Assembly: GCA_022530585.1 (NCBI GenBank)
Contig: CP092821.1
Span: 819,465 to 883,464 of the forward strand
Reading direction: 5' to 3'
Source: Candidatus Nealsonbacteria bacterium DGGOD1a
Lineage (GTDB): Bacteria > Patescibacteriota > Minisyncoccia > Minisyncoccales > UBA5738
DNA: 64,000 bases
Shown here: positions 26,427 through 37,026 of the stretch, piece by piece
Layout of the letters: every line of letters begins with the position of its first letter
Position numbering within the stretch: position 1 is the first letter of the stretch
Position numbers and translations under genes: made by a program
The notes under the pieces: model-generated
Database searches by the model: none
The model's input: the letters and a program-made list of their open reading frames with translations, nothing else
What the model was told of the DNA's origin: nothing

Positions 26427-27919
26427 AAGATAAATATTTTTAATGTCAAATGATAATAGAAATGTCATACCCTGAATTTTTTTAGAAATGTCATACTTGG
26501 AAAAATTTTTAGAAAATTTCGCTTTCAAGAAAATACCTTTTCGTATTCTTCCAGCTTGGCAAACTTTCCGCGCCAGGGATGGTTCGGCGCCGGAGTGCGC
26601 GCCTTGCTCGCCGCAATCGCCACCGGCAGCGGCTCAGCCGCCTTTTGCGGCTTGGCCGGCAAAAGCTTGAAATTCAAGTATTTGCCGCGCAATCTGATCG
26701 CCAGCGATCCGTCAAGCCGTTCTTCAACCAGCGCTTTTTCTTGCCGCCGGATTGTTAATGGCTGTTCTTTGCTTAATTGATACCAATGATTTTTGAATTG
26801 AATGGTAAAGTCATTTTTCACTTGCCGGGTTGACTGGACCGAGAATATCGCGTCCAAATTCGATAATTCCTTGTCGGTCAGTTTGCGATGCAGATCGGTC
26901 TTGATTTTGGGAGCGACGGCGAATCTTTTGCCGTAGTCGCCGGCCCAGAATTCTTCCAAAAACTCATTGGCTTCTTCAACAGTGGAAATGTTTTGCAAGC
27001 GCAATTCCTTTACCAGCCGGTCTTGGAAGGTGCCGAAAGGATTCTCCACCCGGCCTTTGGCTTGCGGACTGTGGGCGGTGATCAGGGCAATATCCAATTC
27101 TTTGCAAGCCCTTTGAAATTGCGTTAACAGCTCATGATTGTCTTTGGCGTTCTTGTGGTTGATTTTGTAAGTGCTGAATTTGTCCAAGTAGATGGCAATC
27201 GGCTTGCCGTATTTTTGAATGTATTCCTTCCAGTAGGCAAAGACATCTTGAATGCCTTCGCTTGTGCCGAGTTTGAGCTTGACCGGCTTGCCGGTGGCAT
27301 CGTCAATGCCGGAGAGCAGGCAAAATTCCCCGCCGCGACCTTCAAACCAGAAATGGTAGCAACCGTCAAACTGGATCATCTCGCCGAAACTGTCCTTGCG
27401 TTCCCTTTGGGAGCGATATTGTTTGTTGCGCTTTCGTTTTTTGGGAATCCAGATTTTTTCTTTGATCATCAAGTTTCGCGTGGCGGCCGGGCCGATATCC
27501 AGACGATGGATTTCCACCAGCTTTTCATGGGCGAATACGGGACCGAAATCAGGGTAATTTGTTTCAATTATATCTTTGGCTTCTTGATACAATGCCGGAT
27601 CGGTTTTGTGGTTGCTTTCCCTGCCTCTTAATTTGTGAATGATGCCTTTGGCGCCATTGGCGATTGTTCTTGCCTTCAAACGCTTTACCTGCCTTACCGA
27701 CAGAGATAATTGCTTGGCCGCGTCCGTGCCGTTGATCAATTTGGCAATCAAATTCTTGATCACTTGATACTTGGCTAAATCTTTTTGCGTCATACCAATA
27801 ATTTCTTTTTCCATGGTTGATGGGATTAATTTATTAATCCCATCATACCGCGAGGTATGACATTTCTATTATCACCGTACTATGACATTACTATTATTAA
27901 ATGACAGATAAATATTTTT
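26427..27919 (-). mobile_element. Insertion sequence with an rve-superfamily DDE transposase (IS481/ISNCY-IS1202-like)
   Basis: Terminal inverted repeats with iterated agaaatgtcata / tgtcatttaataatag motifs, flanked by a 15-bp direct repeat agataaatattttta (about 26427-26441 and 27905-27919). Confidence 0.6.
26525..27814 (-). CDS. DDE transposase/integrase (rve superfamily) with an N-terminal HTH
   Basis: HSPQAKGRVENPFGTFQDRL (the catalytic E region) and an N-terminal HTH. The track ORF's C-terminal ~40 aa read through the IS end. Confidence 0.7.
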   Translation of the reverse strand: MEKEIIGMTQKDLAKYQVIKNLIAKLINGTDAAKQLSLSVRQVKRLKARTIANGAKGIIHKLRGRESNHKTDPALYQEAKDIIETNYPDFGPVFAHEKLVEIHRLDIGPAATRNLMIKEKIWIPKKRKRNKQYRSQRERKDSFGEMIQFDGCYHFWFEGRGGEFCLLSGIDDATGKPVKLKLGTSEGIQDVFAYWKEYIQKYGKPIAIYLDKFSTYKINHKNAKDNHELLTQFQRACKELDIALITAHSPQAKGRVENPFGTFQDRLVKELRLQNISTVEEANEFLEEFWAGDYGKRFAVAPKIKTDLHRKLTDKELSNLDAIFSVQSTRQVKNDFTIQFKNHWYQLSKEQPLTIRRQEKALVEERLDGSLAIRLRGKYLNFKLLPAKPQKAAEPLPVAIAASKARTPAPNHPWRGKFAKLEEYEKVFS

Positions 27920-27972
27920 AAAAGGGTCGGACCCTTTTATAAAAGCGCGGCAAGGAGTTACGAAAAATCTGC

Positions 27973-28605
27973 TTACGACGAAGCGAGGGTGACGGTGGAG
28001 ATTATTTTTTCGAAAAGATCAATATCGGTTTGTTTGCCTTCGTTGCCGTCTTTTGCGTAAAAAAACACAAACCTGTAACAAACATCCTTGATCTTCGCGA
28101 CATAGCCGATATAGTGGCTCGCCATTCCGCCTTGGGCGGTTTCATCCTGCCCGGTTTCAATCCGCGTGAAATTGGCGCCGGAAATATTCTTATCCGTGAG
28201 TTTTATGCTTTGATTCAAAGCGTCCGCGGCGGGTATTTTGCACTCATCTTCCGCGAGCGGCGCGGCAATCGCCGATTTATCCGGATTGGACACGAATTTA
28301 CCCGCGCTAAACACCATTGCCTCGGCCTTTTTGTCGTTCGCCGGATCGGCGTTTTCATAAAGCGTGAACCCGATTCCGCCCTCGGTGCCATCGCTTGGAT
28401 TCGCGGTTTTTTCTTTTTTAGCCAATTCCGCCGGATACTTCAATTCAAATCCGTATTCGCCGTTCTTGTAAGTTTTCCACCCCGCGAAATCTCCCGCCTG
28501 AAAATTGTTTTGTCCAAACATCAAATAAAAACCGGTTCCGGCGGCGGCCGAAACAAGGATAATCGCGGCCAATATCATTTTTATTTTGTTTTTTTGGTCA
28601 ATCAT
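27973..28605 (-). CDS. Hypothetical secreted or membrane-anchored protein
   Basis: An N-terminal signal-anchor (ILAAIILVSAAAGTGFYLMF). No family recognised. Confidence 0.45.
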   Translation of the reverse strand: MIDQKNKIKMILAAIILVSAAAGTGFYLMFGQNNFQAGDFAGWKTYKNGEYGFELKYPAELAKKEKTANPSDGTEGGIGFTLYENADPANDKKAEAMVFSAGKFVSNPDKSAIAAPLAEDECKIPAADALNQSIKLTDKNISGANFTRIETGQDETAQGGMASHYIGYVAKIKDVCYRFVFFYAKDGNEGKQTDIDLFEKIISTVTLASS

Positions 28606-28612
28606 AATTTTA

Positions 28613-29773
28613 TCATTTCTTAAGATTGTCGATCAAGCATTGTTTGAATTTTTCCAGATTTTCGTTTTTCACGCGAAAGCCGCCGGCTTTGGGATGCCCG
28701 CCGAAACTTATTAGCAAATTTTTGCATTTTTTCATCAACGCCACGCTGTCAATGGCATCAATGCTCCGCACCGTTCCCTGGCAATCGAAATCGAGTTTCT
28801 TGTAGATGAAAACCGGCTTTTTGTAATCGATATTCAAAATCGACGCCACGGTTCCCAAAAGATTCATATCCCAATCGGGACTGCCTTCAAAAATTATCGG
28901 GCATTCGATTCCGAAAACCCGCTTTTTTATTTCCTCGACCACCCCGTCGATCTTTGCCCGGCGCAACTTGTTGATTTCCAAAAATTCTTTTATTAACTCT
29001 TGCGATCTCTCCAGCGAATCGGTGGTCAGCAATTCAAACGCCGCGGGCGCGCCGCCGCGCATATCGCGCACATTCAATACCGCGATTATTTTGCTTAGAC
29101 GATTGTTGAAATTGCGCGAATCATTTTCAAAAAACGCATCTGTTTCAAAAAACGCGCGCAAACCGGGCCGAAACGATTGTTTTACCGTCAGCAAACCTTC
29201 GTCGATAATATCATTGTTCCCGGCTTCGCGCGGCATCATATCCGCGATCGTGGCCAGCGCGGCCAGTTCGGCAAAACTTTGCCGCAAATTTCCGTAAAAA
29301 TCCGGGCCGAAAAGCTCCTCGGCCAGTTTGAAAACCAATCCCGCCGCGCAATAAAATTTAAACGGCGAAGAATCTCCCGGCTGTTTGGGATCGACAATTA
29401 TATCGGCTTCGGGCACGCCGTCCAGAATCTCATGGTGATCGATGATCAGCGTGGAAAACCCGGCCTCGCGGGCAAGCTTAACCTCTTTGAAATTGCCGAT
29501 TCCCAGATCAACCGCAATCAAAAGCGCCGGAGCGAGCGGCGCGAGAACTTCCAGCGCGGTTTTCGTAATCCCGTAACCTTCTTTTTCCCGATTCGGAAAG
29601 TGATAGGCCGCCACATTGCCGCCGATATTCTTCACGATCTCGCCGGCCATAATCGCGGCGCTCACGCCGTCAAGATCGGCGTCGCCGTAGATTATTATTC
29701 TTTCCTTGCCGGCGGCGGCAAGTTTTATCCGTTCCGTGGCCTTATCCAAATTTTTTATCTTTTCGTTTTCCAT
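28613..29773 (-). CDS. DHH/DHHA1 phosphoesterase (RecJ/NrnA-like)
   Basis: Motifs DADLDG, LIIDHH and GGHPKAGG. Confidence 0.75.
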   Translation of the reverse strand: MENEKIKNLDKATERIKLAAAGKERIIIYGDADLDGVSAAIMAGEIVKNIGGNVAAYHFPNREKEGYGITKTALEVLAPLAPALLIAVDLGIGNFKEVKLAREAGFSTLIIDHHEILDGVPEADIIVDPKQPGDSSPFKFYCAAGLVFKLAEELFGPDFYGNLRQSFAELAALATIADMMPREAGNNDIIDEGLLTVKQSFRPGLRAFFETDAFFENDSRNFNNRLSKIIAVLNVRDMRGGAPAAFELLTTDSLERSQELIKEFLEINKLRRAKIDGVVEEIKKRVFGIECPIIFEGSPDWDMNLLGTVASILNIDYKKPVFIYKKLDFDCQGTVRSIDAIDSVALMKKCKNLLISFGGHPKAGGFRVKNENLEKFKQCLIDNLKK

Positions 29774-29779
29774 TTTTAA

Positions 29780-30970
29780 TTATTTATTCACGGTCGGCGC
29801 CGGTTCGCTTTGAATGTCGGGTGCGGCTTCCAAAGCGGCGATTCCCGGCAACCGGCCGCCCGCCAGATATTCCAGCATCGCGCCGCCTCCGGTGGACAGA
29901 AATTCAAAATTCTTTTCCGCCTTATATTTATGAATCGCTTCCAATGTTTCTCCCCCGCCGGCCACTCGATAAGCGTTGTTCGCCCGGGCAATCGTTTCCA
30001 GTATCGCTTTTGTGCCCGCGGCAAACGCCGGACGCTCGGACAAACCCACCGGGCCGTTGAAAAAAACCGTTTTGGCGTCGTTGATTATCTCGGAAAAAAT
30101 TTTAACCGTTTCCGGACCGATATCATAGATTTCTTCCTCGCCGCGCATCGTTCCGATCGCCGCGGTTCTTGAATATCCTTCGACGGCGCCCTTTAAAGCC
30201 AGAATACCGTCGATCGGAAGATGGATTTTGGGACTGGTCAAGTTGATCGCGTCGATGGCCGGATCGTCCGGACCGCTTTCCCGACCCATCAACTGCCGTT
30301 TCTGCGCCAATATCTTCTCGCCGATCTTTGAACCGATCAAAACATGATCCGCGACCTTCAATATGTTGGCGATCACTTTGCTTTTTGTTTCGATTTTGGC
30401 GCCGCCGATAACAACCACGAAAGGCCGGGCCGGTTCCTTCAGTATTCGGGAAAGTTTGTTGATTTCATCTTCGAAAAGCAATCCGGCATAGGAAGGCATA
30501 TATTTGGGAACGCCCGTGATCGACGCGTGTTCCCGGTGCGAACAGGAAAACGCTTCATTAACATAGCAATCTCCCATTTTGGCAAGCTGGCGGGCGAAAG
30601 CGTCGTCATTGGCCTTTTCTTGTTCATGAAACCGCAGATTTTCAAGCATTATGATTTTCCCGGGCTTGGCGGATTTGATTTCTTTGTCGATTTTTCCGCC
30701 CGCGCAATCATCCAAAAATTTCACCGGCAGCGAAAGCAATTTTTCCAAACGCTTGGCCGCGATCCGCAAACTGACCGGTTTGCCTCCGTTCTCCAAATGG
30801 CTCATCAAAACCGTGACCGCGCCCTTTTTGGCCAAAAATTTTATCGTGGGCAGGGTTTTGACAATCCGGAAATCATCGCTGATTTCGCCATCGTCGCCGA
30901 TCGCGACATTAAAATCGCACCTCACCAACACTCTTTTGTTTTTGAAATCACCTTCCGATAAGAATTTCAT
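29780..30970 (-). CDS. pgk: Phosphoglycerate kinase
   Basis: VRCDFNV, VLMSHLENGGKP and GGGA...EAL conserved PGK blocks. Confidence 0.9.
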   Translation of the reverse strand: MKFLSEGDFKNKRVLVRCDFNVAIGDDGEISDDFRIVKTLPTIKFLAKKGAVTVLMSHLENGGKPVSLRIAAKRLEKLLSLPVKFLDDCAGGKIDKEIKSAKPGKIIMLENLRFHEQEKANDDAFARQLAKMGDCYVNEAFSCSHREHASITGVPKYMPSYAGLLFEDEINKLSRILKEPARPFVVVIGGAKIETKSKVIANILKVADHVLIGSKIGEKILAQKRQLMGRESGPDDPAIDAINLTSPKIHLPIDGILALKGAVEGYSRTAAIGTMRGEEEIYDIGPETVKIFSEIINDAKTVFFNGPVGLSERPAFAAGTKAILETIARANNAYRVAGGGETLEAIHKYKAEKNFEFLSTGGGAMLEYLAGGRLPGIAALEAAPDIQSEPAPTVNK

Positions 30971-30981
30971 AATAAATATTT

Positions 30982-32757
30982 TTATTTTTCGGATTTTTCG
31001 TTATCCGCCGCACCGCCCAGAGCTTCGTTGAGCGCCTTTTTAAGCTCATCCATCCGCACCTCTTTTTTCGGCCGATAGCCGGGCGAGTCATTTTTTTGGC
31101 CGGCGAAACGCACCGGATTCGCGCGCGCCAAATCCGACAACGATATTCTTGGCGGCGCGGATATCGGCGCGGACGCGGATATTTCCGGCGCGCTCTTCTG
31201 TTGCCGTCGATCATCGCCGTTGTCCCCGGTTTTTTGCGCGTAATTATCGGTTTTGGCGGCAACATCGCCGTTGCCGCGGGCATTGTCGTTCTGCAGTTTT
31301 TTCAAACATGGCTTGCAATAAACCTTCCGGCCCGGTTCGGGCTCGAATATCACTTTGGTTTTTTTGCCGCACATTGAACAGGTTATCTCGTGCATCTTGG
31401 TTTGGCTTTGTCCGTCCGCGGGCATTCCCGGAGTCTTGGCCGCCGCTTCGTTCATTTCACCGCTCCATTTGGCGATCTTCTCTTCGATCACTTCGCGCGC
31501 CACGCTGTAGCGTTCGCGGGAAGCGCGGATGATTTTTTCTTTTTCCGAAACCGCGCCTTTCTCCATCGGCGGCAAAGTGATCGCCGAAAACGGCGCGCTG
31601 GTAATGCCGTCGATCATCAATTTCAAATAAATATGATATTTGCCGAGATTCACGAAATCTTCGATGGTGATCTCGGGCGTGAATTCCGGCTCCAGAAACT
31701 CCGCGTCCTCGGCGCCCACCCGGAATGTAATGATCGTGCCCACATTGCCGAAAACCGCGTCCTTGACCCGCGAACTTTTGCCGTTGGCGCCCATTTCTTC
31801 CAGCTGGCCCAGATACTGGTTGGCCAGGATCAGCGACAGGCGGTATTTGCGCGCTTCCGAAAGAATATTGACAAACGAATCCGTGGCGAAATTCTGGAAC
31901 TCGTCGACATAGCAATAGAAATCGGTTCTTTGCTCCTCGGGAATGTTCTGGCGCGACATCGCCGCCAGCTGGAGCTTGGTGATCACCATCGCGCCGAAAA
32001 GCCGCGACGCGTCCTCGCCCACCATTCCTTTGGAGATATTCACTATCAGTATCTTTTTTTCATCCATTATCTTGCGTATGTCGATGGAAGATTTTACCTG
32101 GCCGATGATATTGCGCATCAACGGATTGGCGATAAACTGGCCGATCTTATTCTGAATGGCCGCGGTTGATTCCTGTTCGTATTTCTGGTTGTACTTGGCG
32201 TATTCATTCACCCAGAACGCCCTGATGATCGGATCGGTAACTTTTTCCACCACCTTGGCGCGGAATTCCGCATCGGAAAACATGCGGTTGATTCCCAGCA
32301 AAGTTGAATTCGGATATTCCAAAAGCGCGAGAATCGTGTTGTTTAAGATATATTCCATCCGCGCCGACCATACATCGGGCCATATCTTTTTAAACACCGC
32401 CATCAACCCCGCGGCGATCAAGTTTCGATGCTCGGGATTGGTGATTTCCATCACATTGAATGCCGTGGGAAAAGCCACATCTCCCGGATTGAAATAAATC
32501 ACATCGTTGACCCGGTGGGAAGGAATATAATCCAAAAGTTTTTCCGCGGCTTCGCCGTGCGGATCGATAAACGCGATGCCGTTGCCGGCCTGAATATCCT
32601 GAATGGCCATATTCTCAAGAAGGTTGGATTTACCCATACCGGTCTTCCCCACCAAATACATATGCCGGCGGCGATCGTCGGTTTTAATGCCGAATTTGGT
32701 TCTCTGGTTGCGCCAGGAAACTTCGCCAATATAAATTATCTTTTCTTTTTGAGCCAT
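30982..32757 (-). CDS. TraD/TraG/VirD4-like coupling-protein ATPase (FtsK/HerA superfamily) with a C-terminal CxxC zinc ribbon
   Basis: Walker A GKTGMGKS, Walker B CYVDEFQNF, and CSMCGKK...CKPC. The start is probably at MAQKEK (ORF M31). Confidence 0.6.
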   Translation of the reverse strand: MAQKEKIIYIGEVSWRNQRTKFGIKTDDRRRHMYLVGKTGMGKSNLLENMAIQDIQAGNGIAFIDPHGEAAEKLLDYIPSHRVNDVIYFNPGDVAFPTAFNVMEITNPEHRNLIAAGLMAVFKKIWPDVWSARMEYILNNTILALLEYPNSTLLGINRMFSDAEFRAKVVEKVTDPIIRAFWVNEYAKYNQKYEQESTAAIQNKIGQFIANPLMRNIIGQVKSSIDIRKIMDEKKILIVNISKGMVGEDASRLFGAMVITKLQLAAMSRQNIPEEQRTDFYCYVDEFQNFATDSFVNILSEARKYRLSLILANQYLGQLEEMGANGKSSRVKDAVFGNVGTIITFRVGAEDAEFLEPEFTPEITIEDFVNLGKYHIYLKLMIDGITSAPFSAITLPPMEKGAVSEKEKIIRASRERYSVAREVIEEKIAKWSGEMNEAAAKTPGMPADGQSQTKMHEITCSMCGKKTKVIFEPEPGRKVYCKPCLKKLQNDNARGNGDVAAKTDNYAQKTGDNGDDRRQQKSAPEISASAPISAPPRISLSDLARANPVRFAGQKNDSPGYRPKKEVRMDELKKALNEALGGAADNEKSEK

Positions 32758-33050
32758 AACGAATGCGGGATTGCTCCTTTGTCTTATTGTTATATAATAC
32801 CTTTTTTGGCAAAATTTGACCAACGGCATCAATGCCATAATTTTCAATTAACAATTAACAATTTTCCTTTGAATTACGAAACAATTAAATTCAAATGCTT
32901 TGGAGGGGTCTAACCCTTGCGATTACACAAGGGATAGACCCCAAATGCAAAGCGTTTCATAATCGAAGATAATTGGTAATTTTGAGACTTAAAAGCAAAA
33001 TTCTCCCGCTTAACGCGGGAGAACCGCAAACTTGATTATCGCCGCGCGGT

Positions 33051-34367
33051 TTAGGTTGGCAAATTGCTCGGCGCCACGGTCTCCTTGGCTTCGGTGCGCT
33101 GAATGCCGGGCGTGGGCGACACAATCTGCGACGGGAAGTGGAAAAGCGTGGCCATTTCTTCAACATTCAATACGATCTTGGAACCCAAATCGCCTTCTTT
33201 GGCTCCCCACGGACTGTAATAATTAAGACGGTCGCGGTAAACCCGCAACAGCCGCCGCTTCTTGACATAGGCGCGGCGCGGCGCGATTGCGTTCACGAAC
33301 GGAATCGGCGAAAGCTTGACCCGGGTTAAAGTTTTGGACCAAACCCACAACGAATTCAAATTGGGGCTGGTGAAATGATTGAAATAATTATATAAAAACC
33401 GGTAATTCGGCGGGAACCACGAATCGCGGCGGCCCAAATAGATATTGCGCACATAACAACCGAAAAACGGTTTGGCGATCTTTTTTTCCACCGCCTCGAT
33501 GGTTTCCCGTTCGCCCGCGGTCAAGCGCATTTCCGCCGGAAAAAGCTCCTGCTGTTTTTCCTCTTTTTCCTTGGCTCCTTCGATGATGAAATCCGCCAAT
33601 TCTTTCCAGAGCGGCGGCAAATCGGCTTTTTTCTCGTCAATCCGTTTGGCCAAAACATCGCGGATATGTTCGCCTTTTTTAACAAACGCCTTGCCGTCGG
33701 AAAGGGAAATATACATCGGCCGGGCGTGTATCTGAATCCATATCTGTTCGCCTTTTTTCAACTTGGCCATCCCCTCCATAAGCGCCGTGAACGGATCAAC
33801 GATCTCTTCCTCTTCAACGCCCTGCTCGACATATTGTTCATAGGTCGGAATCGGAAATTGCGGATCTTTGAGAGTATAATAATCCCAACCGAAAAGATCC
33901 CAATCTTTGTTGGGTATGTCCATGGGAATTTGCTTGGTGTAATCAGGCACCGCTTCAATTTCGGCTTCCGGATACTGCGAATAAACCGCGGCTTCCACCG
34001 CGTCGCGGTAATCGGCGTGGCAGCGAATGTAAAAATGGATTTTCCCGTCGATGGAAGCAATTTCGAATTTATAGCTGGTTTGCGGTTCGCCCGAAGCGTA
34101 TTTTTCCCACCAATCGGGATCGTTGAAAATCGCGCCGTGCAATGCCACGAACAACGCCTCCATGGCTTTAATCGGCTTGGGAATGAGTTTGGGAATTTTT
34201 ATCTCCAAAAGCACCGGCTTCCAAATCGTGCCGAACCACATTTCGGTGCGCCACCATTTCCAATAATCTTCGAATTTTTTCGACAGCCAAAAAAACGCCG
34301 GCAACCACCACCAGTATAAAACAATCCTCCACGCAAGATCGACGAATTGTCCGAGTTCTTCGAGCAC
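33051..34367 (-). CDS. Hypothetical membrane protein encoded upstream of the VirD4-like ATPase
   Basis: N-terminal TM helices (IVLYWWWLPAFFWL). No family recognised. Confidence 0.45.
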   Translation of the reverse strand: MLEELGQFVDLAWRIVLYWWWLPAFFWLSKKFEDYWKWWRTEMWFGTIWKPVLLEIKIPKLIPKPIKAMEALFVALHGAIFNDPDWWEKYASGEPQTSYKFEIASIDGKIHFYIRCHADYRDAVEAAVYSQYPEAEIEAVPDYTKQIPMDIPNKDWDLFGWDYYTLKDPQFPIPTYEQYVEQGVEEEEIVDPFTALMEGMAKLKKGEQIWIQIHARPMYISLSDGKAFVKKGEHIRDVLAKRIDEKKADLPPLWKELADFIIEGAKEKEEKQQELFPAEMRLTAGERETIEAVEKKIAKPFFGCYVRNIYLGRRDSWFPPNYRFLYNYFNHFTSPNLNSLWVWSKTLTRVKLSPIPFVNAIAPRRAYVKKRRLLRVYRDRLNYYSPWGAKEGDLGSKIVLNVEEMATLFHFPSQIVSPTPGIQRTEAKETVAPSNLPT

Positions 34368-34541
34368 AAATAATTTAAAATGTAAAAATCAAAACGACAA
34401 TACAAAATGTTAAAGCGCCGCAATATGGACATTTTGTAATTTTACATTGTCATTTTTAATTTTGATTTTTTAATTTTACATTAAACAAAAATAGACGCCG
34501 TCCGCCTTTATTATAACCCGAGATATTTTTAAAACAAAGTC

Positions 34542-35558
34542 TTACGCTTCCCGCACTCCGGAATGCCAATATTTGCCTTCTTTGTCGCGCAAAAAATATT
34601 TTTTGTTGCTCAAATTCATCAAAACCGTGTTCTCTTTGATGAATCTTTGCTTCATCACGCGATCAAGAATCTCATTTTTGGTCAAGGGCCGGTTTTCGTT
34701 GCTGAAAATGTTTAAAATGACATCTTTGACATCTCCCTCCACATAACCCCATTCGCGCAGGGCGTAAATGCCCCGGCCGATCAAAATAAACCGCTTGTCG
34801 CGGATAAGTTCGTTGTGAACCGTCTGCACCAGACTGCCATCAATTTTTTTGGAGACATCGGTGAAATGAAGCGGACCGCGGCTCTTTTTAAACAAAAGAT
34901 AAATTCTGTCTTTAATACCCTTGGGATTGACTTCCGGCCATTCGCGCAATCCGTAAAGACCCTCTTTGTTTTTTTGGATTTTTTTGGAAATGCCCAGATA
35001 CGACTCGCCCACCGCCTTTTTCAATCCTTTCGGCGCGGCCAATTCGCGGCCCGAAACCAGTTGTTTTTTCTCTTCCAACAACGCGACCGCCGCGGCCTCA
35101 AAATCTTTGGCGGTCCGAACCGACTCTGAATCAACCGCCCAAAAACAATTGAAATTATCGGTTTCGCCCACCCGGATGAAATCTCCGAAAAGCGTTAAAA
35201 GAAAATACGCGTGCGCCTTGAAACCGCTTTGCTCCGCCGAAGCCTTGTGCGAAGGCGAGCCGCCCAATTCCCGCAATAAAACATTTTCTTCGCAAACTCC
35301 GCCGAGGTTCTTTAAATGCTTGGCGAACAATTTGGAAATTTCTTTGTATCCGGAAATCTTCTTTTTCATTTTGGCCAAGCCCGCCTTTTCGATCTGGCGC
35401 ACCCGCTCGCGGCAAATGGCATGACTCTTGCCGATCGCTTCCAAAGTTTCGCGCTTCCCGGTTTTTAAACCAAAACGACGCTCGATAACCTCGCGCTGTT
35501 TTGAAGGAAGCAAAGAAAGCAATTCCGCGCAAATCTGTTGATAATTGATATTGGCCAT
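34542..35558 (-). CDS. Sigma-70 region-4-like HTH domain protein
   Basis: LPSKQREVIERRFGL...GKSHAICRERVRQIEKAGLAKM is region-4-like. The start is probably at MANINY. Confidence 0.5.
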   Translation of the reverse strand: MANINYQQICAELLSLLPSKQREVIERRFGLKTGKRETLEAIGKSHAICRERVRQIEKAGLAKMKKKISGYKEISKLFAKHLKNLGGVCEENVLLRELGGSPSHKASAEQSGFKAHAYFLLTLFGDFIRVGETDNFNCFWAVDSESVRTAKDFEAAAVALLEEKKQLVSGRELAAPKGLKKAVGESYLGISKKIQKNKEGLYGLREWPEVNPKGIKDRIYLLFKKSRGPLHFTDVSKKIDGSLVQTVHNELIRDKRFILIGRGIYALREWGYVEGDVKDVILNIFSNENRPLTKNEILDRVMKQRFIKENTVLMNLSNKKYFLRDKEGKYWHSGVREA

Positions 35559-35644
35559 GATAATGGCATCATTAATGTTAATCCAGGGCAAATTTTAATA
35601 CCATTGATTATTATATATCCCATTTCATTTTTTGTCAAACAACC

Positions 35645-35842
35645 GGGCGGTAACCCCTCACCGGGGTATTTGTATCTGGGGTCTAACTCCTGTGTAATCG
35701 CAGGGGTTAGACCCCTTTAATAGCATTATGAATTTAAATTCGAATGCTGTTGCAGGGGTCGCACCCCTGCTTCGCTAAAGCTTCGCAGGGGAACGACCCC
35801 AAATGCAAAAAGCGCTACCCCCGGTGAGGGGTTGCACAACAA
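35645..35842. repeat. Nested palindromic intergenic element. Outer arms taacccctcaccggggta / tacccccggtgaggggtt with two inner hairpins of the ggggtctaac... / ggggtcgcacccctg... repeat family.
   Basis: Direct inspection. Related hairpin units occur near 25895, 27917, 32903, 40066, 40880 and 44205. Confidence 0.5.
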
Positions 35843-35908
35843 CCGAACAAAAAACAAAAACCCTCGCATAGACGAGGGTCGTTTGCCTTGAATTTCAAAA
35901 CCGAAATT

Positions 35909-36802
35909 CTATTTTTTGGATTTATTTTTGCTTTTTTCCATCCAAACCGCCAAAATCTGGCCGGCCAGAAACACCGAGGAATAAGTGCCGGTAACGATTC
36001 CCAAAATCAACGCCAAAGCAAAATACCTAAGACTGGTTCCGGCCCAGAAATAAAGCGCGAAAACCGGCAGAAGCGTGGCCACCGATGTATTGATCTGCCG
36101 GCTCAAAGTCTGGTTGATGGCGCGATCCAATATCTCGGCGAAAGCAACTTTGCGATCGCGCAAAAGATTTTCGCGAACGCGATCATAAACCACGATCACA
36201 TTGTTTATCGCGTAACCCACCACGGTCAAAAGCGCGGTGATGATCGGAATGGTAATCTGCACGCCGTAGAACGCGCCCAGCAAAGCGAACACGCCCAGCG
36301 GCACCAGCACATCGTGGCACAAAATCAAAAACGATGCCGTGCCGTATTGCCATGAACTGACCGGCCCGGGAACATTGCGAAAAGCCACCGCGATATAAAC
36401 CAGCATCGCCAACAAAGATATCAACACCAGCGCCGTCATTTTTGAGGTCAATTCCTTGCCCACCACCGGCCCGATCGATTCAAAACTTTTTTCTTCAAAC
36501 GATCCGGTCTCTTTTAATTTCTCCAACAGCCGGCCATGCGCCGTAGCGTCAAGGTTTTCCGTGCGGACCATTATGCCTTTGTCCCCGGTCGCGTAAATCG
36601 CTTCCACTTTGAACTCCGCGATCTTTTCCCTGATCGCGCCCGTATCGGGACGCGCATCTTTATAGTCAATTTCCAAAACACTGCCGCCGGTAAATTCAAT
36701 GCCGGGCTTCAAGCCGTAAAAACCGATCGCCGCGATCGATCCGGCCACCAAAACCAATGTCAGAACCAGAAATATATTTTTGTATTTGATGAATGGAATC
36801 AT
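35909..36802 (-). CDS. secF: Protein-export membrane protein SecF
   Basis: A 6-TM SecF topology with conserved periplasmic domain blocks. It is adjacent to secD. Confidence 0.85.
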   Translation of the reverse strand: MIPFIKYKNIFLVLTLVLVAGSIAAIGFYGLKPGIEFTGGSVLEIDYKDARPDTGAIREKIAEFKVEAIYATGDKGIMVRTENLDATAHGRLLEKLKETGSFEEKSFESIGPVVGKELTSKMTALVLISLLAMLVYIAVAFRNVPGPVSSWQYGTASFLILCHDVLVPLGVFALLGAFYGVQITIPIITALLTVVGYAINNVIVVYDRVRENLLRDRKVAFAEILDRAINQTLSRQINTSVATLLPVFALYFWAGTSLRYFALALILGIVTGTYSSVFLAGQILAVWMEKSKNKSKK

Positions 36803-37026
36803 AAGAAATGTAAAATTTAAATATCAAAATGTAAAATTATTGCGTTGAAATTGTTTTCAATTCCAATGATTTTTCCTTAATTTTGATTTTTGATTTTTCA
36901 ATTTTTAATTCTTTTTATACCCCGTCAGCTTGCCGCGGGGAACAAAAAGAATGAGGATTCCAAAGGAAACATCCTTTGGTCGATGGCGGGGTTAATACCC
37001 CGACATCAATGTATTTTTTTATTTGT

